Source of the DNA: an uncultured Phycisphaerales bacterium
GTDB lineage: Bacteria > Planctomycetota > Phycisphaerae > Tepidisphaerales > Tepidisphaeraceae
Direction of reading: 5' to 3'
DNA: 64,000 nucleotides
Assembly (NCBI GenBank): GCA_963755915.1
Contig: CAVWLP010000002.1
Location: 2,496,001-2,560,000 of the forward strand
In this document: positions 11,960-22,943 of the stretch, piece by piece
How positions within the stretch are numbered: position 1 is the stretch's first letter
Layout: each line of letters starts with the position of its first letter
The notes under the pieces: generated by a model
What the model saw: the letters and a program-made list of their open reading frames with translations, nothing else
The model's database searches: none
What the model was told of the DNA's origin: nothing
Translations under genes and position numbers: made by a program

Positions 11960-12432
11960 TAGCGTGCGCCGCGGCTGCGTGAAAAGACGGGTCCGATTCC
12001 CAGACTGGTGAGAATCTGATCTTCCTTAGCGTGCATTGCCGCAAAACCCCTCGCGGTTCTATCGTCGAAGTCGGAGAGATGCAACAAGCCGTGGATGGCG
12101 TAGAGGAGGAGCTCGTGGCAAATGGGGTGGCCGAGGGATTTTGCGCGGGAGCGGGCGATGGTGGAGCAGAGGACGATTTCGCCGGAGAGGGGTTTGCCGG
12201 CGGGGGACTGGTCGAGTTCGAAGGTGAGGACGTCGGTGGGGGTGGGGTCATTTAGATACTGTTTGTGGAGGCGGGAGATTTGGGAGGCGGGGATGACGGC
12301 GATGGAGAGCTCGCGGAGGGGGGAGCGGAGGAGCTTGTGGGCGGCGAGGATTCCGCAGCGGAGTGTGGGGATGCAGTTTTGCGCGGCTTTGGCGCTGATG
12401 TTCAGGTGAAGCGATGATTTCTTTGTGGTCAT
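11959..12432 (-). CDS. ybeY: rRNA maturation RNase YbeY
   Basis: PTDVLTF and HGLLHLSDFDD motifs. Confidence 0.9.
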   Translation of the reverse strand: MTTKKSSLHLNISAKAAQNCIPTLRCGILAAHKLLRSPLRELSIAVIPASQISRLHKQYLNDPTPTDVLTFELDQSPAGKPLSGEIVLCSTIARSRAKSLGHPICHELLLYAIHGLLHLSDFDDRTARGFAAMHAKEDQILTSLGIGPVFSRSRGAR

Positions 12433-12514
12433 GGTGGAAAGGTTACGATCATATCAAAGCAAACGAGGAGGCAGCGATTTGTGTATTCGAGGAAGCGCCC
12501 TGCAAGCAGGGCGG

Positions 12515-12799
12515 CTACACGGGGTGGAATTTATCCAATCGCGGAACCGGAGGAGGGGGGGTTGGCGATGGGCGCCGGCGCGGGCGCCCGTTGGCGTGGG
12601 GTTTAATGCTCGTTACCAGCAGGAGATCGACGATTTCGATTGTGCCGTCGGGCATGCCAACGCCGACGGTTTGGCCGGGGGCTGCGATTGCGAGGCATTC
12701 GGGATTGGGCACTTCGAGCGTGCGGCCGTCGGCGAGGTGCATTTCGAAGGGGTGAAATGGCTGGGCTCTGTGGGCTCTTCTGATCTGCTCAATGGTCAT
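12515..12799 (-). CDS. Small conserved hypothetical protein
   Basis: 94 aa, QPFHPFEMHLADGRTLEVPNPE; GATATAAT box just upstream. Confidence 0.7.
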   Translation of the reverse strand: MTIEQIRRAHRAQPFHPFEMHLADGRTLEVPNPECLAIAAPGQTVGVGMPDGTIEIVDLLLVTSIKPHANGRPRRRPSPTPPPPVPRLDKFHPV

Positions 12800-12912
12800 G
12801 CGTGGGATTATATCAGACTAAATATGGATGACACGATTCTGGGGCGACCCGAAACGCGCACCCCTTCGGGGTTGCGGCTAAACGGGGATGTGTTGTGATT
12901 GCGGTAGGGATT

Positions 12913-15301
12913 TCAGGCCGTTGCCGTGGTTCCTGTCGGCGGGGCACCGGCCGGTTGCGCCGGGATAATCGTGGTGGGCTCTTCCGCGCTGGGGTAGACG
13001 ATTCTTCCGTGATAGATGCTCAGCAGCGTTTTGTTGATCGCCTGCTCGATGAGGTGCAACTCGCGAAGGGTGAGATCGCATTCCTCGAATTGTCCGTCTT
13101 CCAGGCGCATCTTGGCAAGCTCGCGGACCTTGTTCTCAATCCGGCTGGCGTTGGGTTCGGCCAGCGAACGGCAGGCGCTTTCGACGATGTCGCACATCAT
13201 GACGATGGCGGCTTCCTTGCTGCGCGGCTTGGGGCCGGGGTAGCGGAATTCGACGTCGCTGATCGGGGCGGGAGCGTCGGGCTGCTGGTCGCCCTGGCGG
13301 ACGGCTTTGCTGTAAAAATATTCGACCAAGGTGGTGCCGTGATGTTGTTCGATGATGGGGAGGATGCTGGTGGGGAGGTTGTATTCCTTGGCAAGCTCGA
13401 CGCCGTCTTTTACGTGGGACTGGATGATGCGAAGGGAGAGGGTTGGGCTGAGGTTGAGGTGACGGTTTTCGCCGCCCATCTGGTTCTCGACGAAATAGTC
13501 GGGTTTGTGGATTTTGCCGACGTCGTGGTAGTAGCTGGCGACGCGGCAGAGGAGCGAGTTGGCCTTGATCGATTCGGCGGCGGCTTCGGCCAGGGTGGCG
13601 ACGCTGAGGCTGTGGGCGTAGGTGCCGGGGGCTTCGAGGGCGAGCCGGCGCAGAAGCGGCTGGCTGACATCGGCCAGCTCGAGCAGGGTCATGCCGGTGG
13701 TGATGCGGAACGCTTTTTCGATGAAGGGGAGAATTCCCAGGACGACGAAGCCCGCGGAGAAACCGGCAAGGGCGACGTAGAGACAGTTGACGGCGATAAA
13801 CTGCGGTGGCTCCATCTGCACCGCGCCGACGGCGGCGGCAGCAACAACCATGGCCAGCGCGGAGAAGCCACCGACTTCGATCAGCTTGATGCGGGTGCGG
13901 ATGTCATCGAGCAGATAGCAGGCCGTCAGCACGCCGACCCAGAGAATCAGGAATGAGCCGAGGCCCTGGTTCAGCGCGGAGGTGACGATAATCGTGTGAA
14001 TGGTGGCGATCCCCATCGCGAAGCGCTGGTCGTAGGCGATGGTGAGGATCATGGCGGCGATGATGGTGGGTGCGATGGCGAAGATCAGCAGCGATTTTTC
14101 ACCGATGCCGGCAAGCTGGGTGAGCAGAAGCATGGCGAGGAGAAGCCCGGCCATGGCCAGTGCCCTGGCGTGATTGCGCACGCAGCGGCGCTGATATCTG
14201 GCGACGTAGGCCGCAAGGATGAAGGTGATGATGCCGGCGACGAGGAAAAGGCCGAGGCGGTTTTGCCAAGTGTGGATGAAATCGCTGGAGAGCCACTGCT
14301 CGTAGGCGGTGTTCTCGCGCGGAGGAGCATGAAATCGCGTTCGCTGAGGGTGGTTCCGCCGGTCACCACGACGGCGTCGCGCACATAGGATTCAACGGCA
14401 TCGAGGGGGGAGATAGTGCTTTCAGCCTGGTTCTGTTCTTCGTGGGTGGACTGATCGTCGTAGAGATAGTTGGGCGTGGAGGCGAGTTCGGCGAGAGTGA
14501 TGCGGGAGATTTTCGGACCCAGCTCCAGGCCGAAGACGCGAGCGGCTTCGTCGAGGCGCGGGCCGAAGGAATCGGGGAGATCGGCGCCGAAGACGTCGCC
14601 GATGTCGATGAACCGCGCGGGCTCGCCCGCGGTGGTCTGCGGGTTTTGCGGATCGGGAAGGGGGGAAGCAATTTGATCTGACGGGGCTCGCCGGGATATC
14701 GGGCGGCGAGGCGGGTTTCCTCGTCGCGGGCGTCCTGGGGAACGATTACCAGCGGCTCATCGTCATCGAGAAGGTGCTTTCGGGAATAGGCGATGAACTG
14801 GCGGACATTGGATTCATATTGCTCGCGATCGAGGCCGACACGTTCTTGTTCCAGCTCCGTGATCGCGCCGCTGTCGAGGAGATCGCGCAGGGGCGGATCG
14901 AGCTCCTGCTGCGATCGCCCGTGAATGGTCTCGGGAAGGGCGAGGAGGAAATCCTGGATCTTGTCCCAGGGGTCGCCCTCGACGCGGCGATAGTCGCGGA
15001 AGACGCTGTCGCGCTTGTATTGGATGAGCTGGTCGTTTCGAGCCTGGTCGAAGAATCTGAAATCGACGCGGGCGACGATGTCGTGGGGGACGTATTCGCC
15101 GGGACGATAGGGGACGACCTGCTTGCGAAGCAGGAACATTGCGGTGATGGCGACGCAGAAGATGCCGGCGATGGCAAGGGAGGGAACGATGTCGTGGCGG
15201 GGGATTTCGGCGCCGGCGCTGCGGGCGGCATATCCCTGGCGCCCTTCGCGGGCCGCCCAGCGGCGGGGACTGCTTCGAGATCGATTGCCAAATCCGAACA
15301 T
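12913..15301 (-). CDS. 7TM-HD (HDIG) phosphohydrolase, PgpH-like, frameshifted
   Basis: TM helices followed by APGTYAHS, YHDVGK, QHHGT, FRYPGPKP and MMCDIVES. Confidence 0.9.
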
Positions 15302-15302
15302 C

Positions 15303-16277
15303 TTACTGCGGATCCTTACTGGCTCTCGGCTTCGATTCCGGCTCTTCCCCGTTGTGCTCGTAGGCTTCGACGATGTTCTGCACCAGTCGATGACGCACGA
15401 TGTCGGCGCGGTGGAGTTCGATCATGGCGATTCCAGGAATCCCAGCAAGTTTTCCCATCGCATCAATCAGGCCGCTGGGAACATTGTCGGGTAGGTCGAT
15501 CTGAGTGACGTCGCCGGTGACGATCATCTTGGATTCATTTCCGAGCCTGGTGAGGAACATCAACATCTGGGCGGCGGTGGTGTTCTGGGCTTCATCGAGA
15601 ATGATAACGCAATCATTGAGGGTTCTGCCACGCATGAAAGCAAGGGGAATCACTTCAATCACGTCATTGACCATAAACCGCTTGACTTGCTCGACATCCA
15701 TCATGTCATGCAGTGCGTCGAAAAGCGGGCGGAGATAAGGGTTTACCTTCGCCTGGAGGTCGCCGGGCAAAAATCCGAGCCTTTCGCCGGCCTCGACGGC
15801 GGGGCGTGCAAGAATTATGCGCTTGGCATGGGCATGTTTGAGCATGCTGGCCGCCGCGGCGACCGCGAGGTAAGTCTTGCCGGTGCCGGCCGGGCCGGTG
15901 CAGAACGTCAGGTCGTGATGGAGGATCGCTTCGACGTAGTTGCGCTGGCCGGGTGTGCGCGGCTTAATGGCTCGCCCGCGGGCGTAGACGTCGATCTCAT
16001 CGGCACTGCGCTGATGAAAGTCATCCGCGGCCCGGCCGATGGCCTGGCTGACGTCTTCGATGCTGAGCCAGTCCTGCCGGCGCAGGGCCCGCTGGAGCTG
16101 CTCGAGCACGGCAGCGGCCTTGCTGACCTGCTCGCGCTCGCCGGAGAGGCGGATTTCATCGCCGCGGCCGGTGATCTGGACCTCAAACGTGTCGCGGATC
16201 ATGCGCAGATAGCGATCTGCCGACCCAAAGAGGGCCAGCTTCTTGTCCGGGTTTTCAAGGGCGATGTTTAACTGCAC
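15303..16277 (-). CDS. phoH: PhoH family ATPase
   Basis: GPAGTGKTYLA, RPAVEAGERLGFLPGD, LAFMRGRTL and DEAQN motifs. Confidence 0.95.
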   Translation of the reverse strand: MQLNIALENPDKKLALFGSADRYLRMIRDTFEVQITGRGDEIRLSGEREQVSKAAAVLEQLQRALRRQDWLSIEDVSQAIGRAADDFHQRSADEIDVYARGRAIKPRTPGQRNYVEAILHHDLTFCTGPAGTGKTYLAVAAAASMLKHAHAKRIILARPAVEAGERLGFLPGDLQAKVNPYLRPLFDALHDMMDVEQVKRFMVNDVIEVIPLAFMRGRTLNDCVIILDEAQNTTAAQMLMFLTRLGNESKMIVTGDVTQIDLPDNVPSGLIDAMGKLAGIPGIAMIELHRADIVRHRLVQNIVEAYEHNGEEPESKPRASKDPQ

Positions 16278-16390
16278 GGGGTTTCGATGCGGAAAAGAAC
16301 TATACGCCCGCCAATCCAAAAAGATCGACGGGCCGGGAACGAGCGGGATTCTCTCAGGATCGAAATAAAAAGCGAGGGAGGGGAGATTCA

Positions 16391-16493
16391 CCGCGGAGCA
16401 CGCAGAGAGCGCTGAGGAAAAGCAGGAGGGAAGGCGATTTTTGATATAACTCTTTGTATTTCCTGACTCTGCGCTCTCTGCGATCTCGGCGGT
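16391..16493. repeat. REP-like palindrome family A
   Basis: CGCAGAGAGCGCTGAG ... CTCTGCGCTCTCTGCG inverted arms. Confidence 0.8.
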
Positions 16494-16544
16494 GAGAAAT
16501 TTCCCCGGCTTTTCTTAAGTCCTTTATTTTTCAACAGCTAGCGA

Positions 16545-17465
16545 TCAGAAGAGGCTGAAGAGGAGGTAAGCTGCGGGGGCGGCGAGGAGGGGGCTGTCGA
16601 TAACGTCGAGGAGGCCGCCGAAGCCGGGGATGATGTTGCCGCTGTCTTTGACCTGGGCGTCGCGCTTCATCAGGCTTTCCAGCAGATCGCCCGCCTGGCC
16701 GACGCCGCCGATGACGATGCCGAAGAGGAGGGCCTTGGGCCAGGTAATGGTCGAGAGGGCGATGGGCCAGATGAGGCAGCAGCCAAGGCCCACAAGGGCG
16801 GCCGTCGCCAGGCCGCAGAAAAGGCCCTCCCACGTTTTGCCGGGGCTGAGCCAGGGAATGAGCTTGTGGCGGCCGAGGTATCTCCCGCCGAAATAAGCGC
16901 CGATGTCGGTCGATTTTACGACCAGAAGGATCATCACGACGGCTTGGGTGGAGCCCTGGAACCCGTGGATGGGATCGGAGGAATGCTTGACGCGGATGGC
17001 AATGATGAACCAGGAGAGCCCGCCGAGGTAAAGCATGGCCAAGACGGTGCCGGCCATGTGGGTGATGGCTTCTTCGGTGTGTCGTCCGCTGGCGCGGCGG
17101 ATGGCGGAGAGGATCATCGTAAACACGATGATGAACGCCAGCGTGGAAGTCGCGATGTGCTGAAACCAGGGGAACTGGGTGAGGAAGGCGTGGATGGCGA
17201 GAAGGCCGGAGCCGAGGCCGGCGAGGAAGCGGTAGGGCTTGATGTTCTCGGCGACGAAGAGGCGGCCGACTTCCGCCGTCGCGAGGGGGACGAGGAAGAT
17301 GAGCAGAAGGAGAAGGCCGACGCCGGCGAGGCCGTATTGGTGGTTGGGGGTTTTGATCCATCCTTGGGTGTTCTGCTCGATCCAGTAGTCGAGATAGAGC
17401 AGGCCGAGGAGGGCGGCCATCATCAGGGTGCCGTAAGTGAGTCTCTGGCGGAGGGATTGCTGCAT
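16545..17465 (-). CDS. cdsA: Phosphatidate cytidylyltransferase
   Basis: DIGAYFGG, SPGKTWEG, GDLLESLMKRDAQVKDSG..PGFGGLLD; true start probably at MQQSLRQR. Confidence 0.93.
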   Translation of the reverse strand: MQQSLRQRLTYGTLMMAALLGLLYLDYWIEQNTQGWIKTPNHQYGLAGVGLLLLLIFLVPLATAEVGRLFVAENIKPYRFLAGLGSGLLAIHAFLTQFPWFQHIATSTLAFIIVFTMILSAIRRASGRHTEEAITHMAGTVLAMLYLGGLSWFIIAIRVKHSSDPIHGFQGSTQAVVMILLVVKSTDIGAYFGGRYLGRHKLIPWLSPGKTWEGLFCGLATAALVGLGCCLIWPIALSTITWPKALLFGIVIGGVGQAGDLLESLMKRDAQVKDSGNIIPGFGGLLDVIDSPLLAAPAAYLLFSLF

Positions 17466-17595
17466 GGGCAGAGGTATCGGGGGGAATGATGCGGATTTTG
17501 GGGGGTTTGGCAACGTCGCGGGAATGGGGATTCTTAAGGATGGATCGCAGGGCAGGCGCATGTTCGCGTTTCTGTCAATCTCTCGGTACGCCGGG

Positions 17596-17840
17596 CTGAC
17601 GGCCGGACACTTTTCTTGGGTTCGGAGACTAAGCGGCCGGCTTTTTGAAGACAAAGGCAAATGCAAATGCAATGCGGTGGAGGCGGGAGACAACCCATAA
17701 GGCCCCAAGGTTTTTCTCCCGCCTCCCCCGCACCCCCTCCACCCTCTTTCCCTTCCCCTAAACGTCCAGCCCTGAAGGCAAAATGCGGAGGCGTTTCGCC
17801 AGTGATCTGCGCACCTGATCCACGTGTGCACCGAGCGACA
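17596..17840. mobile_element. Partial copy (one end) of the foldback MITE
   Basis: Starts CTGACGGCCGGACACTTTT and aligns to the reverse complement of 26517-26425 + 23494-~23360; distal end approximate. Confidence 0.8.
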
Positions 17841-17955
17841 GCGTTGTCCGACGTTTCCCAACGGATGAAATAACCGCAAGAAGCGAGTAAAATTGAGAGC
17901 TCTCCTCATTCATCGATCGGCTTCGAAATCTCGGCGATTTTCCAGGGAGGCAAGC

Positions 17956-19062
17956 ATGTCCATTCACTCGGCGCTGCGATCTGCGAGTTGCGTTTGCGTT
18001 TTGGCCGGGATGGGGCTGATTAATTCCGCCTCACTGCGGGCAGATGCGCGGGAGGATACGCCGCCACCTCCTTCCGGGCTGGTGGCGCTGCGGAATGTGC
18101 AAAGTTCGCCGGTGATGGATCAGGAATTTCTGCCGCAGGCGCTTACCAATCCAAATATCAGCGGGGTGGCGTATCAGATTGGGTGGGACCAAATCGAGCC
18201 GGCCGAGGGGCAGTTTGACTGGTCGAAGCTGGATGCGCTCTTCGCGGCCGCTGAACAGTCGAAGAAATGGGTGCATCTGCTGATCTTTCCGGGGTTTCAT
18301 TCGCCGGCATGGGCGCTGGAGGGGATCAAAACGGAATCGTTTGCGGTTCAATATGGTCCGGGGCACGGGGATGTTGAGTCGCTGCCGATGCCGTGGGATA
18401 AGGTTTATCTCGGGCGGTGGTTTGAATTTCTCCAGAAGGTGGGGGATCGGTTTGGGAAGTCGCCGGCGTTTACGATGATTGCCGCGGATGGGCCGACATC
18501 GGTTTCGGCTGAGATGACGCTGCCGGAGTCGCCGGCGGATTTGACGATATGGCGAAATGACGGATATACGGCGAAAAAGTATATCGCGGCTTACCGGGCG
18601 GTTTTTGAAAAATACGCTGAAATTTTTCCCAATCAGTTCGTTTCGCTGTCCCTTGGCGATGCGCTGAGGATCAATGATTTGGGAAGGATCGAATTTGGTG
18701 CGGCGAGACGCACCCGGCAGATGATCATCGATGAGGGCGTGGCCGTTTTTGGACGCCGATTCGTGCTTCAAAACAGCGACCTGCATGCCGGGCCGGATCA
18801 GCATCCGGCGACGGGGTTTGTGATCGGATATAGCGGGAAAATCATCACCGGCCTGGAAGAGCGCTGCTCGGCTGAAAAAGGGAGCGCGGCGATGGGAGCG
18901 GATGGGGATCCTCCACTGGCTTTGCGGAAATCGATCGATCTGGGCATGACGCCCAACGATTCGGGGCAGCATGTGAATTATCTTGAGATTTATGAGCCGG
19001 ATGTGATCGCGGAGGAGATGCAGCCGGTGCTAAGGTATGGGGCAGGGCTGTTTGGAAGGTAG
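17956..19062 (+). CDS. Secreted protein, probable glycoside hydrolase-like TIM barrel
   Basis: Signal peptide; WDQIEPAEGQFDWSKLD..SPAW..PMPWD resembles GH42/GH35-type N-termini. Confidence 0.6.
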   Translation: MSIHSALRSASCVCVLAGMGLINSASLRADAREDTPPPPSGLVALRNVQSSPVMDQEFLPQALTNPNISGVAYQIGWDQIEPAEGQFDWSKLDALFAAAEQSKKWVHLLIFPGFHSPAWALEGIKTESFAVQYGPGHGDVESLPMPWDKVYLGRWFEFLQKVGDRFGKSPAFTMIAADGPTSVSAEMTLPESPADLTIWRNDGYTAKKYIAAYRAVFEKYAEIFPNQFVSLSLGDALRINDLGRIEFGAARRTRQMIIDEGVAVFGRRFVLQNSDLHAGPDQHPATGFVIGYSGKIITGLEERCSAEKGSAAMGADGDPPLALRKSIDLGMTPNDSGQHVNYLEIYEPDVIAEEMQPVLRYGAGLFGR

Positions 19063-19122
19063 GGCGATAGTTCCGCCCGACACTTATTAAATACCGCCGA
19101 AAATCCGCTCTTCCCGCCATTT

Positions 19123-19165
19123 TCCCCCTCCCTTGGTACTCCGGGGGAGGGTTGGGGTGGGGGTC
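19123..19165. repeat. REP-like palindrome family B (CCCTCCCCCGGAGTACC..GGGAGGGG)
   Basis: Related copies at 23114-23141/26518-26540, 50076-50151 and 55943-56000. Confidence 0.8.
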
Positions 19166-19441
19166 TTCGGAATTTTTCCCCGTCCGAAAAGGGATTGCCC
19201 TGGCGAGACGGAGAATCCAGCGATCGTGGACATGCTGGCGCGATTCGAAACTCAAAGGCGTTTCGGTTTTGCCGACTCCGACGAAGTCCGCGACAGACCG
19301 TGTCAAGATGCGTTCTTTGGTGGACTGACGAAACCCGGGCTCCTGAAAAGTTATTTAGCGTATTGTAATCTGAAATCCAGCGCTGATATTCAGGCTCGTA
19401 GCTGTAAGGGACGTTATTATCGCTTTTGATCCGTGTCGAGA

Positions 19442-20121
19442 CTACGGCAAAGGGTGGTTGCTGAGGAAATTACTTAGGTCACGAAGTAGCCGTTTTACGT
19501 CCTCCTTCTTCAGGCTCGCCTCGTTGTGGGCGGCCGCATTTCCGACCCCGGCCAAACTAGTGACGAGGTGCATCTCGAGCTTATTTATATTGCCCGCCCT
19601 ATATAGTTCTCCGGTGAAATCGGCTAGCGTAGAACGACGACCACTTGGACAGGCTGCGCGCAGCCAGAGCGCTCACACCATTTTCTGAGATGCTCTTCCA
19701 ATACCGCTCGGCCTAAGACCCCGGCCGCGACGAAATAGTTGTTCTCAAGAAGATAGTTGGACTGCGCCAGCAGGTCAGCGAACGCGTCAGCAATAATAAG
19801 GTTCTCGACGTCGACGAGGAGATCCTTTTCTACCGCGGCCCGGATGCCCTCTAGCGTCCCGAGACGGCATTGGGCCTCCACCAAGCTATTTTCATTGCTG
19901 TCGAAATTGCCGGCCCAAATTTGCCCCTTTTTTCCTAGCATCCTTAAAAGATTTCGGCTGCAGGCAAGCCATCGCGAATGGCGCTGGAGATCGACGTACG
20001 TGGTCGGATTCATAATCTGCAGGTGAGGTCCGCCATGGTTCGTGAATTGAGTCGCAAGCAGCGCTTCGCCCTCAGCAATCAAAGAATCGAGCTCCGCAAT
20101 TAACCGCGACTTGGTTGGCAT
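19442..20121 (-). CDS. Hypothetical protein with HEPN/DUF4145-like C-terminus, frameshifted near 19655
   Basis: YFVAAGVLGRAVLEEHLR, then after the shift LAGVGNAAAHNE..LSNHPLP*. Confidence 0.6.
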
Positions 20122-20220
20122 GCTGGGATTTTCCACCCACGGTGGCCACAGAGCAAGTTCACGCTCGGCCGGCTTGATTTGGCGCTGGATATTGATTATT
20201 CGTCGACGGCCGTGTCAAAA

Positions 20221-20784
20221 ATGGAGTTTACAATCGAGTTAGTCAGGGCTACCGCATGGCCAGTGACCATTCTCATAGCGATAGCGGCATTTAGGACGCA
20301 ATTGTCGCGGCTTCTCGATCGTGTCAGTTCGCTTGAATACAAGGGTACAAAGGTCAAGTTCGCGAGGCGACTGTTGAAAAAGGCTGTTCGCATCGCGGAC
20401 TCCATATCGGCGCACCCGGCCGGGGAATTAAGGGCCGGCCTAAAGGAAAAGCGACCCCCGTTGGCTAAGGCCTTGAGTCCACTAATCGAGGAGTTTCCGG
20501 CTGCGGCAATAACTCAAGCGTGGGTCTCGATCGAAACTGCGTCGCTCCAGGCGCTGGGCAGGAAGGACATCGTTGTCGGCTTTCCGAAATCCGCCGGACG
20601 TATTGCCCAGGCGCTGCTGTCGGCCGAAATACTGTCGGCCAAGGAGTTCCAGCTATACAACTATCTTCGAGAAGTTAGGAATCTCGCTGCGCACTCAGGA
20701 AACGTCTTGGTGTCGCCAAAAATGGCTCGCGAGTATTTGGAATCCGCCGATAAACTAATAGATGTCATTGGGCAAAAGGTGTGA
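20221..20784 (+). CDS. Membrane-anchored protein with HEPN-like RxxxxH motif
   Basis: N-terminal hydrophobic AWPVTILIAIAAF; C-terminal LREVRNLAAHS. Confidence 0.65.
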   Translation: MEFTIELVRATAWPVTILIAIAAFRTQLSRLLDRVSSLEYKGTKVKFARRLLKKAVRIADSISAHPAGELRAGLKEKRPPLAKALSPLIEEFPAAAITQAWVSIETASLQALGRKDIVVGFPKSAGRIAQALLSAEILSAKEFQLYNYLREVRNLAAHSGNVLVSPKMAREYLESADKLIDVIGQKV

Positions 20785-20821
20785 GATTCGAGATGGGGGG
20801 TACATTCACGCTCTAATTTAT

Positions 20822-21735
20822 TTAGGCGCTAATCCCTGCACTCTGCATCGCCCCTTGGAGTCGCAATAGAACAAATTGAGTGAACGTCAGCGCGAGATGC
20901 CGCATCAGCCTTGCCTGCTCTTTGGCGGCAATGTATGGATGCCCTCCGGTATTGCTTAATAGTCCATAGACCTCGGCTAAGGCGTTTTTTTCTTTTTTTC
21001 CAGTAGCTTTTCTTGTTCCAAATAATCCCGCACTTCCACGGGGCGCTGCAGCACTTTCTGCTGCAAAGGGTTGGACTGTACCTTTGTGCTAAAAACCTGC
21101 GCAGATTGCGAAAGGACGGACTCAAGTACCTTCCGCGCATTAGCAATGCAGTCGTCCCACCTGCCTTCGGTATAGTGCATAGAAGACTGTTCGAGGTGGT
21201 GCATTATGACTGCCTTATCGGGTAGCTTAAGTTCGCCTATCAGCTGTTGTAAAACCCCTTCTTCCTCCTGTTCGTCCACAACTGACGCCTCAGAGTAGAG
21301 CAAGCGGCCATTTTTGTACGCGTACCCGTCTAGCTCCAAATCGCTTATTAGCTTCAATCGCGGGGCCCGATCATGGGACTCGCCTCCACCGTAACCCTTT
21401 ATTGGCTCAAGCGTAAGTATGTCAGCGGCGAGATCCTGAAGGAGGCGGTTACCCAGGCTTCGTCTTCGATCCCAACTCCAATCTTTGGTGGCTGAGACAA
21501 TTGTCTCCCCCGTATGAAGCTTCATTATGAATTCCTTGATTGGGCGGTCGTCATTTCCCCGCACGGTCTGTTTTACGATATTCATTAGGTATGCTTCATA
21601 CTCGTGTTCATAAAGGAAGTCGTAGAGTTTTTCCGTGTCGCAGGAATACCACATACCTTGACCCAAGTAATGACGCCCCAGAAAATGGCAGGCAAATAAT
21701 TTGCCAAGCGAATAAGCGGTCCGTCGCGAAATCAT
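20822..21735 (-). CDS. Hypothetical protein, possible Abi-C/HEPN-like C-terminus, frameshifted in an A-tract near 20990
   Basis: WDDCIANARKVLESVL..., continuing VYGLLSNTGGHPY..ISA*; lower GC. Confidence 0.55.
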
Positions 21736-22018
21736 TTTGGCACTCCGATTCGGTACACCCGAATTTACCCGACTATTGGGCGATTTTATACGTGTGCGCT
21801 AGCCGGGACAACCTGGGTTTAATCGTCGCGAGCTGGGCAATACAAACCGAAATCGCTTCGAATTCCATCGAATCAGTCGCGGGAACAGCTTTAGAAGTTG
21901 TCTCGGAGCAACACCGCAGTCACCCGCTCCAAGTCCCGCTGCGGTGGGCATAGACCGATGGGCTCGTTGGTGCGTGACGGAAAAAGGCGAAGAGCCAAAC
22001 CTGCCTAGAAACCCACGC

Positions 22019-22744
22019 TCACCGCCCCCAACCCCGCCGCCATTTCATCGCGTAAATTCCCGCCAATCCTATCAGCATCATCAAGCTCGACACGGCGGCG
22101 GAGGGCAGCGGCACGACGGAGCCGGCACCCGCGACCGGATTCTGATTGAATTCAATCACATACCCCAGCGGCAGCGAAAAGCCGGCGGTTCCATTCTGTG
22201 GCGTATCGCCCCAGGTCGAGCCGATGCTGGCGAAATCGTAATAGGTGATTGCCTGGGCGGGGATCTCGCCGGGATATCCGTCCGGCTGATTCGGGCCCCA
22301 GGGTGCGAAGGAAAAGGGTGCGCCATTCACCCAGACCCAGGTGGCGTCTGAGCCGTCCAGGTCATTTGAAGACGAGGCTCCTAGCCACGGGCCCAGGAAA
22401 TCTGAATTGACGCTCAGCGGCGTCCAATAGGCGGAATTGTTGATGAGCGAAAAGACAAAGGCGTTCTGAGAAGCATCGGTTGGACAGGCCAGATATCCGC
22501 CCGCGGCGACGGCCGCCGACTCGGCGTTGCCCCAGGTGATGCCGTCCGGCGTGAGCACCGGCTCGTACCACTGGCCATCGGCGGAGTCGAAACTGATCTG
22601 GCCGGCGTGGGCGGTGCTGAACTGGCCCAGGGCCAGGGTGCAGGCGATGAACCCAAACGCGGCTATGCCGCGATAGAGCAGCGTTTTCCTGGTTAGCGAA
22701 GAAGCACTCACTCCAAGACCGAGCGCGCGCGTTGCAGATTTCAT
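22019..22744 (-). CDS. C-type lectin domain protein with VPLP-type (PEP-CTERM variant) sorting signal
   Basis: TWGNAESAAVAAGGYLA, WLGA, WVWVNG..WGPNQPD; C-terminus VPLPSAAVSSLMMLIGLAG..KWRR. Confidence 0.8.
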   Translation of the reverse strand: MKSATRALGLGVSASSLTRKTLLYRGIAAFGFIACTLALGQFSTAHAGQISFDSADGQWYEPVLTPDGITWGNAESAAVAAGGYLACPTDASQNAFVFSLINNSAYWTPLSVNSDFLGPWLGASSSNDLDGSDATWVWVNGAPFSFAPWGPNQPDGYPGEIPAQAITYYDFASIGSTWGDTPQNGTAGFSLPLGYVIEFNQNPVAGAGSVVPLPSAAVSSLMMLIGLAGIYAMKWRRGWGR

Positions 22745-22943
22745 ACGGCCTCCCTTTGACATGCACAAATCAGCTAACCCGTTAACATATCATTGCTCGC
22801 GCGGAAAATGCAAAAAAAAACCCCTGGCGCGTCCGCCGCGAACGGGACCGACAATAAAACCGAACAAAACCAGAACGGAGGCGGGTTTCTCGCACAGGCC
22901 ATGCGCTGGAACAGACTGGGATCGCACAGAAAATTCAAAAGAG

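Noticed and set aside
5810-15301. Apparent mass pseudogenisation (coaC, rpoZ, gmk, yicC, tpiA, aroF, 7TM-HD; also uppS, GME-like, ABC, GH95)
   Set aside because: Single-base shifts hit essential genes with otherwise intact motifs, often at homopolymers. Long-read indel error is far more likely than true decay or programmed frameshifting.
17466-17909. 148-aa N-terminal extension of CdsA in the ORF track
   Set aside because: It runs through the MITE copy; the conserved protein starts near 17465
19300-22000. Integron cassette array
   Set aside because: No integrase, mixed gene orientation, and no convincing attC (RYYYAAC..GTTRRRY) sites
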